Below, piece after piece: positions 48,302-57,622 of a stretch of DNA of 64,000 bases. Numbering within the stretch: position 1 is the first letter of the stretch; the number at the start of each line of letters is the position of its first letter. The translations under genes and the position numbers were made by a program. Source of the DNA: Longimicrobiales bacterium (GTDB taxonomy: Bacteria; Gemmatimonadota; Gemmatimonadetes; Longimicrobiales; Gaopeijiaceae); contig CBDFIQ010000001.1 in NCBI GenBank assembly GCA_965248195.1, positions 256,001 to 320,000 on the forward strand. The letters run 5' to 3'. The notes beneath the pieces were generated by a model that was not told the DNA's origin, did no database searches, and saw only the letters and a list, made by a program, of their open reading frames with translations.

Positions 48302-48892
48302 GTGTTTGACAAGACGATCAAAGACCGGGAAGTCACAGGACGGGAGCGGAACACCGCTGACACAGGGGGGAGCGTCTCACTAATCTCGAAGGAGATGCAC
48401 ATCAAGGGGCACTGTGAGACAGACGGCCAGTTGCGAATAGAGGGGAAGATCTCGGGCAACGTCACCGCACACGGCATCGAGTTGGCGGCGTCGGGCTCGG
48501 TAAAAGGAGACGTCATCGCAGCCGAAAAGGCCAAGTCGGACCAGGTCTTCATTATCAGCGGTCTGGTCACCGGCGCCGTCCACGCGCCTCAGGTCGAAGT
48601 GCTACAGGGTGGCAAGGTGCACGGCGGAATCGTCGCGGACGAGGCCGTCATCCACGGGCAGGTGCGCGGCGGAGTTCTAGCGCGGAGCCGGCTAGCCCTC
48701 GAGGAGACGGCCGAGGTCGAGGGCGATGTCCACGCCCGTCGTCTGGCGCTCAAAGACGGGGGACAGGTGAACGGCAACATCCACATGGGAGATCGCGCGG
48801 ACGTCGGGTCCTCGGGTAAAGAGCCTGCGCCCGTCGCAGACCCGGTCGAAGCTGAGGACGAGGGCCTGGTTTCGGCGAAACCCGTCACTTAG
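48302..48892 (+). CDS. Bactofilin (polymer-forming cytoskeletal protein) with an extended/double beta-helix
   Basis: SLISKEMHIKG...LRIEGKISGNV...IHGQVRGGV...EVEGDV...GQVNGNIHM; GTG start after GGAGG. Confidence 0.8.
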   Translation: MFDKTIKDREVTGRERNTADTGGSVSLISKEMHIKGHCETDGQLRIEGKISGNVTAHGIELAASGSVKGDVIAAEKAKSDQVFIISGLVTGAVHAPQVEVLQGGKVHGGIVADEAVIHGQVRGGVLARSRLALEETAEVEGDVHARRLALKDGGQVNGNIHMGDRADVGSSGKEPAPVADPVEAEDEGLVSAKPVT

Positions 48893-48936
48893 GCCACGGC
48901 GGGGCCTGGCGATCCGGAGTCGGATGTAGCTACGTC

Positions 48937-50139
48937 ATGACCGAGCCCAACCCGATCGACGCAACCACTCTCGCTGAGCACTATACACGCTTTCGCGTCG
49001 CGGAGCGCCTGCTGATCACAGGTCACTCGCACCAAGCGTGGCCCGACGTCTCCTTTGAGGCTCAGCAACAGGCATGGCTCGACGCCGCACGGCATGTGGA
49101 TCGGAAATGGGCCTTCGCCGAGGTAAAGGCCGAGCGGTATCGAGAGACCCTCGCCGCGCTGCTCGACGACCAAGCCGGTTTCGTGGCCCTCGGACGAAGC
49201 ACGCACGAGCTCGTCACCCGCGTCCTTTCCGCCCTCCCCCTGGCCGCAAGACCGCGTCTGGTCACGACGAACGGTGAGTTTCACAGTATCCGACGCCAGC
49301 TCGATCGTTTGTCCGAGGAGATGGTCGAGGTCGTCAAGGTCGCGGCTCTTCCGGCCTCCACGCTGGCCGAGCGGCTGATCGTCGAAGTGAACGATCGCAC
49401 GGCCGCGGTGCTCGTATCGCACGTGCTCTTCCAGAACGCCCATATCGTTCCGGGGCTGGGTGGCGTCCTGGAGGCCTGTGAGAGGGTCGGCGCCGAGCTG
49501 CTGGTGGACGCATATCACTCCACCAACGTGGCCCCTCTCTCATTGCCCGAGGAGGGGCTCGATGGCGCCTTCGTCGTTGGGGGTGGCTACAAGTACATGC
49601 AAATGGGCGAGGGGAACTGCTGGCTGAGATTCCCGCGGGACTGTCGGCTCCGACCGGTCCTCACGGGCTGGTTCAGCGAGTTCGCTACACTGGCTGACGA
49701 CAAGACGGCGAGTGGGAGGTCGGACCGGGAGAGCCGCGTCACATACGGCGAGGGTCCCACCCGCTTCGCCGGCGCGACATACGACCCCACCAGTCACTAT
49801 CGAGCCGCCGCGGTTTCGGATTTCTTCGCAGAGCAGGGCCTCACCCAAGACCGCCTGCGCGCCTGCAGCCAGTACCAGATTGGACTCCTCGCTGCCGAGA
49901 TCGACACGCTCGATCTCGATCCGGCTGTGGTGGACCGAGACCGTTCGGTGCCTTTGGAATCGCTCGGCGGATTCCTCGCTTTGAGTTCTCCGGAGGCTCC
50001 CCGTATCACGGCCGCCTTGGCGGAGCGTGGCGTACACGTCGACCGCCGAGGTAATGTTCTCCGGCTCGGTCCGGCACCCTATCTGACGGATGAGCAGTTG
50101 CAGGAGGCCGTGAGTACGCTGGGGGAAGTGTTGGCCTGA
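48937..50139 (+). CDS. kynU: Kynureninase-like PLP enzyme (aminotransferase class V)
   Basis: TGHSHQAWPD, VSHVLF, VDAYH, GGGYKY (PLP Lys), P.LTGWF, GATYDP, DRRG..LRLGPAPY. Confidence 0.75.
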   Translation: MTEPNPIDATTLAEHYTRFRVAERLLITGHSHQAWPDVSFEAQQQAWLDAARHVDRKWAFAEVKAERYRETLAALLDDQAGFVALGRSTHELVTRVLSALPLAARPRLVTTNGEFHSIRRQLDRLSEEMVEVVKVAALPASTLAERLIVEVNDRTAAVLVSHVLFQNAHIVPGLGGVLEACERVGAELLVDAYHSTNVAPLSLPEEGLDGAFVVGGGYKYMQMGEGNCWLRFPRDCRLRPVLTGWFSEFATLADDKTASGRSDRESRVTYGEGPTRFAGATYDPTSHYRAAAVSDFFAEQGLTQDRLRACSQYQIGLLAAEIDTLDLDPAVVDRDRSVPLESLGGFLALSSPEAPRITAALAERGVHVDRRGNVLRLGPAPYLTDEQLQEAVSTLGEVLA

Positions 50140-50264
50140 GGCACCGCGCAGCGTCAGAGCGGTAGACGGTCCCGTTTGCGTTGTGTGCCTATCGTGTGCC
50201 GCGTATGCTATCCGTTCAAATGATGACTCCACTTCGGGTAACTTTCATGAAGGACGGTATCCGT

Positions 50265-52295
50265 ATGTTGAGGATGACCTGCGTGCTGATGCTTCTCACC
50301 GTGGCTCCGGCCCTGGCCCAAGATTATACGATTGTCGCAGTCAGCCACACCGACAACAAAGTGTCAGAGGTCGATCCGCGCACGGGGGAGATCCTCAGGG
50401 AGTTCGTGGTACCGGGTGAGTGGTTTGGAGAGACCCATGAGGGCGCCGTCAGTCCGGATGGCAGGACAATTTACGTGTCGGTGCCCTACGCGAAGCAGGT
50501 CATCATTCTGGACTTGGATACCTTCGCGGAAAAAGGGGCGATCGAATCCGAATACTTTTCGCGGCCTTCACAAGTACGAGGGTTTGCGCGAATAGGGCGG
50601 CGCGAATCGACTTCCAGCGACCCTCATGGTGTGGCGCTCAACAGCGACGGGAGCAAGCTGTACATCACGGTCGAGCATGCGGAAGTGCCCGGTGTAGTGG
50701 TCTACGACGTCGAGGCCGGGACCGTCAAGAAGATCGACACGGTGATCGCGGGCAACTATCTGTGGGTCCATCCGCGCACTGACAAACTCTACTTTCCGAC
50801 TCGTAATGACCGCGTAGTCGTCATCGATACGAAGACTGACCGGATTCTCAAGGTCATCCGGCTCCACGAAGGTAGCCGTCCTAACGGGGTCGACTTCGGA
50901 GGCCCGAACGACGAAGTGTGGGTCAATGGGGATGGAGACGGCTCGGTAACCGTCATTGACTCGACCACCGACGAGGTGATCATGGTAATCCAACCCCGCA
51001 TCGCGGGGGCAGGACGCGTCGCCGTCTCACCAGACGGCCGGTTCGCGGCCGCGACACACGGTCCAGAGGTGTCCATCATCGACACGCGGACGAAAGAGAT
51101 CGTGGCCAACCTGAAGATCAGTCCGAATGACAGAGGGCATGGCTTCCCACTGTTCTCACCCGATAGCAATACGCTGCACGTGATGAACGAACTCTCGGAC
51201 GATATGGTGACGTTCGATATGGAGACGATGAGGCAGGTTGGCGCCCGCACCCCGATCGGTGGTGCGGTCTTCGGTGGTGGTATTCGCCTAGCTCCGGCCG
51301 CCGCCCAGTCCAATCCGTATCGGCAGGTCGAGGCACCGATGCCCCCGGCGCACCTGAATGGAGGAGAATGGGGGGAGATGATTCAGGTGCGTGTGGGTCC
51401 CGAGGGCAACGTCTTCGTTCTGCATCGATGTTTCAAGGTCGTGCTGGGAGATCCTGGAGTGGCTCCGGGGCACTCCGACGGCCTGAGCGCCGATTGTTTT
51501 GGGAGGTGGGCCCCTCATCCGCCGATCTTGAAATTCGCCCCGTCAGGCGAGTTCCTGGCGGGCTTCGGCGTCGGATTGTTGGGCAGACCTCACGGCTTCG
51601 CTGTGGACCACGAGGGAAACATGTGGGTCACCGATGTCGGTCTTGTCCCAAACCAGATGGGCGCTGTCGTTGTGAAGCTCAGTCCGGGCGGGGAAGTCCT
51701 GATGACGCTCGGCACCCCCGGTGTCACTGGGCAAGGTCCCGACACGTTTAATCGGCCAAGCGGGGTCGCTGTGGCCCCAAACGGCGAGATCTTCGTCACG
51801 GATGGGGAAGGCCCCAACAACCGGGTGGTGAAGTTCACTAGTGAAGGTCGCTTCATAAAGGCATGGGGCTCGACGGGATCGGAGCCCGGTAACTTCAGCA
51901 GCCCCCACGACCTCGCGATCGATTCCCGCGGGCGAGTGTTCGTTGCCGACCGGGGAAACAGTCGAGTCCAGATCTTCGACCAGGACGGAAACTTCCTCGA
52001 CCAGTGGAGAAATTTTGGCCGTCCCAGCGGGATCTTTATCAACAGAGAGACGGACGTGCTCTATACGACCGACTCACAATCGAACTCCAGGAACAATCCG
52101 GGTGTCCGCAGGGGAATCTACATTGGGAGCGCCATAACCGGTGAGGTCACGTATTTCATTCCGGATCCCGACCTCGCCATCGCTGACCGGACCCGAATCT
52201 CCGGCGCTTCGGGCGTGGCGGCAGACGCCACGGACACCGTCGTGTATGGGGCGGACGTGGCCCCATGGCAGTTGCGAAAATATATCAGGCCTTAG
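50265..52295 (+). CDS. Secreted fusion of a YVTN-type beta-propeller and an NHL-repeat (PAL-like) beta-propeller
   Basis: Signal peptide; N half HEGAVSPDGRTIYV, PHGVALNSDGSKLY; C half PHGFAVD..GNMWVTD, FNRPSGVAVAPNGEIFVTDG, FSSPHDLAIDSRGRVFVADRGNSRVQIF. Confidence 0.8.
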   Translation: MLRMTCVLMLLTVAPALAQDYTIVAVSHTDNKVSEVDPRTGEILREFVVPGEWFGETHEGAVSPDGRTIYVSVPYAKQVIILDLDTFAEKGAIESEYFSRPSQVRGFARIGRRESTSSDPHGVALNSDGSKLYITVEHAEVPGVVVYDVEAGTVKKIDTVIAGNYLWVHPRTDKLYFPTRNDRVVVIDTKTDRILKVIRLHEGSRPNGVDFGGPNDEVWVNGDGDGSVTVIDSTTDEVIMVIQPRIAGAGRVAVSPDGRFAAATHGPEVSIIDTRTKEIVANLKISPNDRGHGFPLFSPDSNTLHVMNELSDDMVTFDMETMRQVGARTPIGGAVFGGGIRLAPAAAQSNPYRQVEAPMPPAHLNGGEWGEMIQVRVGPEGNVFVLHRCFKVVLGDPGVAPGHSDGLSADCFGRWAPHPPILKFAPSGEFLAGFGVGLLGRPHGFAVDHEGNMWVTDVGLVPNQMGAVVVKLSPGGEVLMTLGTPGVTGQGPDTFNRPSGVAVAPNGEIFVTDGEGPNNRVVKFTSEGRFIKAWGSTGSEPGNFSSPHDLAIDSRGRVFVADRGNSRVQIFDQDGNFLDQWRNFGRPSGIFINRETDVLYTTDSQSNSRNNPGVRRGIYIGSAITGEVTYFIPDPDLAIADRTRISGASGVAADATDTVVYGADVAPWQLRKYIRP

Positions 52296-52301
52296 CGCCG
52301 G

Positions 52302-53156
52302 CTAATTGCCCCTCGTTGCTGTCATGGCCTCCCGGATCGCCCTGACCGTGACGTCGGTTCGGAACTCGATGAGGCGGCGGCCGTGCTCGATCGTCTTTTC
52401 GGCGGGCAGAATGCTGATTCCGTTGATCGATGCCTTGCCGGCCTTGATTCGCTGCTCCAGCCGGACATGCCGCGGATCGTCGTTCATGATGATCGACGTG
52501 ATGTAATAGTCGTCGTGGAGTCCTTCGAGGCGAGGATCCTCGTCGACACCCAGGACATCCCGTTGGTAGGTCACCACGTCGTCGTAGTTGTAATACTCGG
52601 GGATGTGGTAGATTCCGGTGGAACCGCCCCGCCACGCTGTGGAAAGTGCGTCGGCCACCGCTGCCATCGGCCCCCGATTACCCCCGCTGTCGCCCATGAG
52701 TATGATGTTTCGGAAGCCCTGAGACTTCAGGCTGGTGGCCATGTCGGTCAGCATGGCCTGGTACGTCGCCCGAGACAGCACAACGGTCCCCGGAGAGCGG
52801 CTGCTGCCTGGATTGCCCGGCTCGAGGGTCACAATGGGCGCGATCAACGCGTCACCGAGCCTCCTCGCTATCGACTCGCCCATGACGCTCAGCACGTGAT
52901 TGTGCTTCCCGGTGGTGAGGTACGGGCCGTTCTCCTCGATGCCGCCCGTCAGGATCAAGGCGGTCGTTTTCCCTTCCGCTAATGCGTCTCGGACTTCCAT
53001 CATGGTGAGCTCTTCGATCCAAACGTTGTCGAGAGCTTCGATGGGGCGCGGCATGTTCATTACGTCGAGCAGACCCGGCTCTTGGGCTGTTGCGGTGGTC
53101 GCTCCACCACTGAACGCGAGAATCAACAGCGGCGCCACACAGGACGATCTCTTCAC
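52302..53156 (-). CDS. Secreted creatininase-family amidohydrolase
   Basis: Signal peptide; EELTMMEVRD, TGGIEENGPYLTTGKHN, PGTVVL, GDSGGN, GLHDD. Confidence 0.8.
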   Translation of the reverse strand: MKRSSCVAPLLILAFSGGATTATAQEPGLLDVMNMPRPIEALDNVWIEELTMMEVRDALAEGKTTALILTGGIEENGPYLTTGKHNHVLSVMGESIARRLGDALIAPIVTLEPGNPGSSRSPGTVVLSRATYQAMLTDMATSLKSQGFRNIILMGDSGGNRGPMAAVADALSTAWRGGSTGIYHIPEYYNYDDVVTYQRDVLGVDEDPRLEGLHDDYYITSIIMNDDPRHVRLEQRIKAGKASINGISILPAEKTIEHGRRLIEFRTDVTVRAIREAMTATRGN

Positions 53157-53539
53157 GGAACCCCTCCTCGATCTTTACGGAAGCGACTTTCCTGCAATCT
53201 GACTCATCAGTTTCGTGGCCACAAGCTCACCTCTAGCCCCTCTCGTGCCGACCGGACCGCCTTCTGGTCGACCCGTACCGCCCTCTTGCCGACCCGCTTC
53301 GAGGAAAGGTCGGAATCCCGTGCGTTTTTGGCGGTGAACGGTGGCGACTTCCACAAGGTATCGGGCCACACCTGGCGAAACCGGCGCCTTCGTGGCATCA
53401 TTTGACACTGAACGCCTCGACCTGGATTTTGGAAGGGTCGGTACGGCGGTTGAAAAGCGGTCGGAAAGGCAAGCGGTTGGGACGTCTGCAGCTTGAAGAC
53501 GAGCGCGGACCTCAGCATGTGACGGAGGGCCATACAAGA

Positions 53540-56134
53540 ATGAAGAGACTCAGTGCCGCTGTGGTCGTTGTCCTGCTCGTTCTCGCGGGTCGCACCCCGG
53601 TCCTCGGCTCCACGCTGAGCCAGCAGGGAGTGATCGGGCCGTCCGCCATCCGCGAAGCGACCGACACCTCCCCTTCCAACGCCTTGGACGGAGCAGTCGA
53701 GGCGTATTTGGCGGGTTTCTCTAGTCGGGAAGTGGTGTTGGCTGCCGCCCCCCCGAGGACAGGCGGCACGGTGGGCGGGGAGCTCCGAGGTCGCGGGGCG
53801 GAGGTGCGCTCAGGGCTGGAGATTTCGGCCGTTACCCTGACCGATGTGGTACGTCAATACTGCGTGGTATGCCACAACGACGGGATGTTGACGGGGAACC
53901 TGACGCTGTCGGATTTCGACGTGGAGCGGGCGGCGGAGCGGGCGGAGACGGCGGAAAAGATGATCGTGAAGCTTCGGGCCGGGATGATGCCTTCTCCTGG
54001 GGCGCCCCGGCCGAGTCCGGACACGCTGCTGGCGCTGGTGGAGACTCTGGAGAGCGTGATCGACGCGGCGGCGGCTCTGGATCCGAATCCGGGGCGGCGA
54101 ACGTTCCAGCGGTTGAATCGTGCGGAGTATTCGCGCTCGGTGGAGGATCTGTTGGGGCTGAAGGTGGATGCGGGGGATTACCTGCCGCTGGATACGAAGA
54201 GCGCGAACTTCGACAACATCGCGGACGTTCAGATGTTGTCACCGACGCTGATGGCGGCCCACTTGACGGCTGCTGCCCAGATCAGCCGCCTGGCTGTTGG
54301 CGACGCCAATGCTCCGGTCGGCTCGAGGACGTACACGAATCCCGGGTACGTCACGCAGTGGGATCGCGTGGAGGGTGCGCCGCGGGGGACCCGTGGTGGA
54401 ATCTCCGTTGTCCACAACTTCTGGGCTGACGGTGACTACATCTTCAAGCTCGCCTTCGAGCACACGACGACGGGGGAGTTCTACGGAATGACAACGGACT
54501 CCGGCGAGCAGATCGAGGTCTCCGTCGATGGTGAGCGAGTGGCGCTTTTGGAAGTCGATAAATGGATGCATACCCGGGACCCCAACGGGGTCAACATGGA
54601 GACCGAGGCCATTTTCGTACGGGCGGGGCCGCATAGGGTGACCGCGGCATTTGTACGGAACTTCGAGGGGCTCATGGAGGACTTGATGTCGCCTCACGAT
54701 TGGTCCCTCGCCGACCGGCAGATCGGCGTCCGAGGCTATGGCGTAACGGCTCTGGCGCACTTGAAGGATCTCGTCATCAACGGCCCCCATAACCCCACGG
54801 GTGTTTCGGAGACACCGAGCCGGCGCAAGATCTTCACCTGTCGCCCCACGTCGTCGGCCGAAGCCAGGCCGTGCGCCGAGGAGATCATCGGCCGCCTTGG
54901 CGCGCAAGCATTCCGGAGGGCCCTCACACCGGGCGAGCTCGACAACTTGATGATGTTTTTCGAGGAGGGAGGGGAGCCCGGGGGCTTCGAGATGGGTATC
55001 AGAACGGCCCTGCAAGCCATTTTGGCGAGTCCGGACTTCGTGTTCCGGTTCGAGGAGCGCCCGAGTGACGTCGAGCCGGGAGAGAGCTACCGGATCGACG
55101 ATCGCGATCTCGCCTCGCGCCTCTCGTTCTTCCTCTGGAGCAGGCCGCCGGACAGCGAGCTGATGTCCGTGGCCGAACGGGGGGAGCTCTCCGATCCCGA
55201 AGTGCTGGAGCGACAGGTCCGCCGGATGTTGGAGGACCCACGTTCGGAAGCGTTGGGTCCTAGATTCGCCGGCCAGTGGCTCCGACTCGAAGACCTCGAC
55301 AAGGTTCATCCAGACCGGCTCTTGTACCCCGACTTCCACCAGCAGCTCGCGGATGGCATGCGGCTGGAGACGGAGATGTTCTTCAACAGCCTGGTCCGGG
55401 AAGACCGGAGCATGCTCGATCTCTTCAACGCCGACTACACGTTTCTCAACGAGCCTCTCGCCAGACACTACGGAATTTCTGGCGTGACCGGGGAAGAGTT
55501 CCGGCGTGTGACGTACCCGGACGACAAGCGAAGGGGCCTATTTGGGCATGGAAGCGTGCTCACGCTGACTTCGCACGCGAACAGGACGTCGCCCGTACTC
55601 CGCGGTAAATGGGTCATGGAGGTTCTGCTCGGCACCCCGCCGCCGCCACCACCACCCGGCGTGCCGGATCTGGACCAGACGGAAGTCATAAGCGACGGCC
55701 GAATGCTCACGACGCGCGAGCGTATGGAGATGCACCGCACCAACGTGGTGTGCAGCTCCTGTCACAAGTTCATGGATCCCATCGGGCTGGCACTCGACAA
55801 CTTCGACGTCACGGGACGATGGCGGATCAGAGAGAACGGGGTGCCGCTGGACACGCAGGGGGAGCTCTACGACGGGACCCCCGTGACGAGCCCCGAGGAT
55901 CTACGTCAGGCGCTCCTGCGGCGGCCGATCCCGCTGGTCCGAACATTTACGGAAAACCTGATGGCTTATGCCCTCGGCCGTCGAATCGAGTATTATGACA
56001 AGCCCACGATTCGAGCGATCACGGCCCAGGCCGAGGCCGACGACTACCGCATGTCTTCCTTCATTTTGGGGGTGGTCAAGAGCGGTGCATTCCAGATGAG
56101 CAGGGTCGAGACGACGGTGCAGACGAGTCCGTAG
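53540..56134 (+). CDS. DUF1592/1595/1588/1587/1585 planctomycete-type cytochrome c protein, copy 1
   Basis: Signal peptide; two CxxCH motifs (CVVCH, CSSCH); RLNRAEY, FDNIAD, AFRR, LASRLSFFLW, FAGQWL, TSPVLRGKW, PPPPPP.V. Confidence 0.9.
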   Translation: MKRLSAAVVVVLLVLAGRTPVLGSTLSQQGVIGPSAIREATDTSPSNALDGAVEAYLAGFSSREVVLAAAPPRTGGTVGGELRGRGAEVRSGLEISAVTLTDVVRQYCVVCHNDGMLTGNLTLSDFDVERAAERAETAEKMIVKLRAGMMPSPGAPRPSPDTLLALVETLESVIDAAAALDPNPGRRTFQRLNRAEYSRSVEDLLGLKVDAGDYLPLDTKSANFDNIADVQMLSPTLMAAHLTAAAQISRLAVGDANAPVGSRTYTNPGYVTQWDRVEGAPRGTRGGISVVHNFWADGDYIFKLAFEHTTTGEFYGMTTDSGEQIEVSVDGERVALLEVDKWMHTRDPNGVNMETEAIFVRAGPHRVTAAFVRNFEGLMEDLMSPHDWSLADRQIGVRGYGVTALAHLKDLVINGPHNPTGVSETPSRRKIFTCRPTSSAEARPCAEEIIGRLGAQAFRRALTPGELDNLMMFFEEGGEPGGFEMGIRTALQAILASPDFVFRFEERPSDVEPGESYRIDDRDLASRLSFFLWSRPPDSELMSVAERGELSDPEVLERQVRRMLEDPRSEALGPRFAGQWLRLEDLDKVHPDRLLYPDFHQQLADGMRLETEMFFNSLVREDRSMLDLFNADYTFLNEPLARHYGISGVTGEEFRRVTYPDDKRRGLFGHGSVLTLTSHANRTSPVLRGKWVMEVLLGTPPPPPPPGVPDLDQTEVISDGRMLTTRERMEMHRTNVVCSSCHKFMDPIGLALDNFDVTGRWRIRENGVPLDTQGELYDGTPVTSPEDLRQALLRRPIPLVRTFTENLMAYALGRRIEYYDKPTIRAITAQAEADDYRMSSFILGVVKSGAFQMSRVETTVQTSP

Positions 56135-56181
56135 GGACGGTAACGCGAACTGAGCTAAGACAGCACACGAGGAGGCAGAAG

Positions 56182-57576
56182 ATGGATTTTATTACGGGCA
56201 GGCACATTTCCCGCCGCGAGGTCCTTCGCGGTCTAGGCGCTACGGTGGCACTCCCCTTCCTCGACGCGATGGTTCCTGCGGGGATACGTGGTGCGACGGC
56301 CCGTGCCGCGGTCGCTACCGATCAAACCCGCCTGGTCGCCATCGAGATGGTGCACGGCGCGGCCGGGAGCAACCAATACGGTGCCTCCAAGCACCTGTGG
56401 GGCCCCGCGAAGGTCGGCCGTGACTTCGATCTGACGCAGGGTTCCTTGAGCTCGCTCGAGCCCTACCGGGACTATCTCACGATCATCAGCAACACGGATG
56501 TCGAGGGGGCGGAAGCGATCACGGCACCCGAGATCGGCGGCGACCACTTCCGTTCGAGCTCCGTATTCTTGACGCAAGCCCATCCCAAGCAGACCGAAGG
56601 CTCGGACGTCCTTGCCGGAACGTCGCTCGACCAGTTTTACGCCAAGCGATTCGGTCAGGATACGCCCATCCCTTCGATGCAACTGTGTATCGAGAACATC
56701 AACCAATCGGGTGGTTGTGCGTATGGATACACCTGCGTGTACACGGACTCGATCAGCTGGTCGTCGCCCACCGAGCCGCTTCCCGTGATCCGTGATCCCA
56801 GGGTCGTATTCGAGCAGCTTTTCGGAGCCGGCGGCACGTCCGAAGAGCGTTCTCTTCGGAGAAGGACCGACCGAAGCATCCTCGATTGGATCACCGGCAG
56901 GGTCGGGCAGCTCAGGCGGAACTTGGGGCCCGCCGACCGGGAGCGGTTGGAGGGGTACCTGGATGACATCCGTGAGATCGAAAGGCGGATCGAGCGCATC
57001 GAGGAGTACAACGCCAGTGGTGAGGTGAGGGAGATACCCGAGGCGCCGGCCGGTGTCCCGGATTCCTTCGAGGAGCACGTCAAGCTGATGTTCGACATGC
57101 AGGTGCTGGCCTTCGAGTCCGACCTGACTCGTGTCTTCTCCCTAAAAATGGGACGCGATTCCTCGGCCCGGGTCTTTGCGGAGAGTGGGGTCGACACGCC
57201 GTTCCACCCCGCGTCGCACCATGGCGGGAACGAACAAGCGATCGAGGAATTCGCTCTCATCAATCGCTACCACGTGAGCATGATCCCGTACTTCCTCGAC
57301 AAGCTGAAGAACACGATGGACGGCGACACCAACTTGTTGGACAAGTCGATGATCATCTATGGATCGCCGATGGGCGACCCCAACCTCCACAACCACAAGC
57401 GTTGTCCGCTCTTCGTGGTCGGCGGTGCCAACGGGAAGCTCGACGGTAACCTGCACCTCAAGGCGCCCGACGGTACGCCCATGGCGAACGTAATGCTCTC
57501 CATGTTGCAAAAGCTGGGGTTAGAAGACATGGAACGCTTCGGCAACAGCACCGGGGAGTACTCTTTGACCATCTGA
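56182..57576 (+). CDS. DUF1552 (HxxSHH) Tat-exported protein, copy 1
   Basis: SRREVLRGLG..VALPFLDAM; MVHG, GGDH, SLDQ, DPR..F..LF, SILD, DLTRV, HPASHH. Confidence 0.9.
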   Translation: MDFITGRHISRREVLRGLGATVALPFLDAMVPAGIRGATARAAVATDQTRLVAIEMVHGAAGSNQYGASKHLWGPAKVGRDFDLTQGSLSSLEPYRDYLTIISNTDVEGAEAITAPEIGGDHFRSSSVFLTQAHPKQTEGSDVLAGTSLDQFYAKRFGQDTPIPSMQLCIENINQSGGCAYGYTCVYTDSISWSSPTEPLPVIRDPRVVFEQLFGAGGTSEERSLRRRTDRSILDWITGRVGQLRRNLGPADRERLEGYLDDIREIERRIERIEEYNASGEVREIPEAPAGVPDSFEEHVKLMFDMQVLAFESDLTRVFSLKMGRDSSARVFAESGVDTPFHPASHHGGNEQAIEEFALINRYHVSMIPYFLDKLKNTMDGDTNLLDKSMIIYGSPMGDPNLHNHKRCPLFVVGGANGKLDGNLHLKAPDGTPMANVMLSMLQKLGLEDMERFGNSTGEYSLTI

Positions 57577-57622
57577 CGGGGCTGTTCAGAAACTCAGCCA
57601 CCCAATTGAGAGGCACGAGCCC

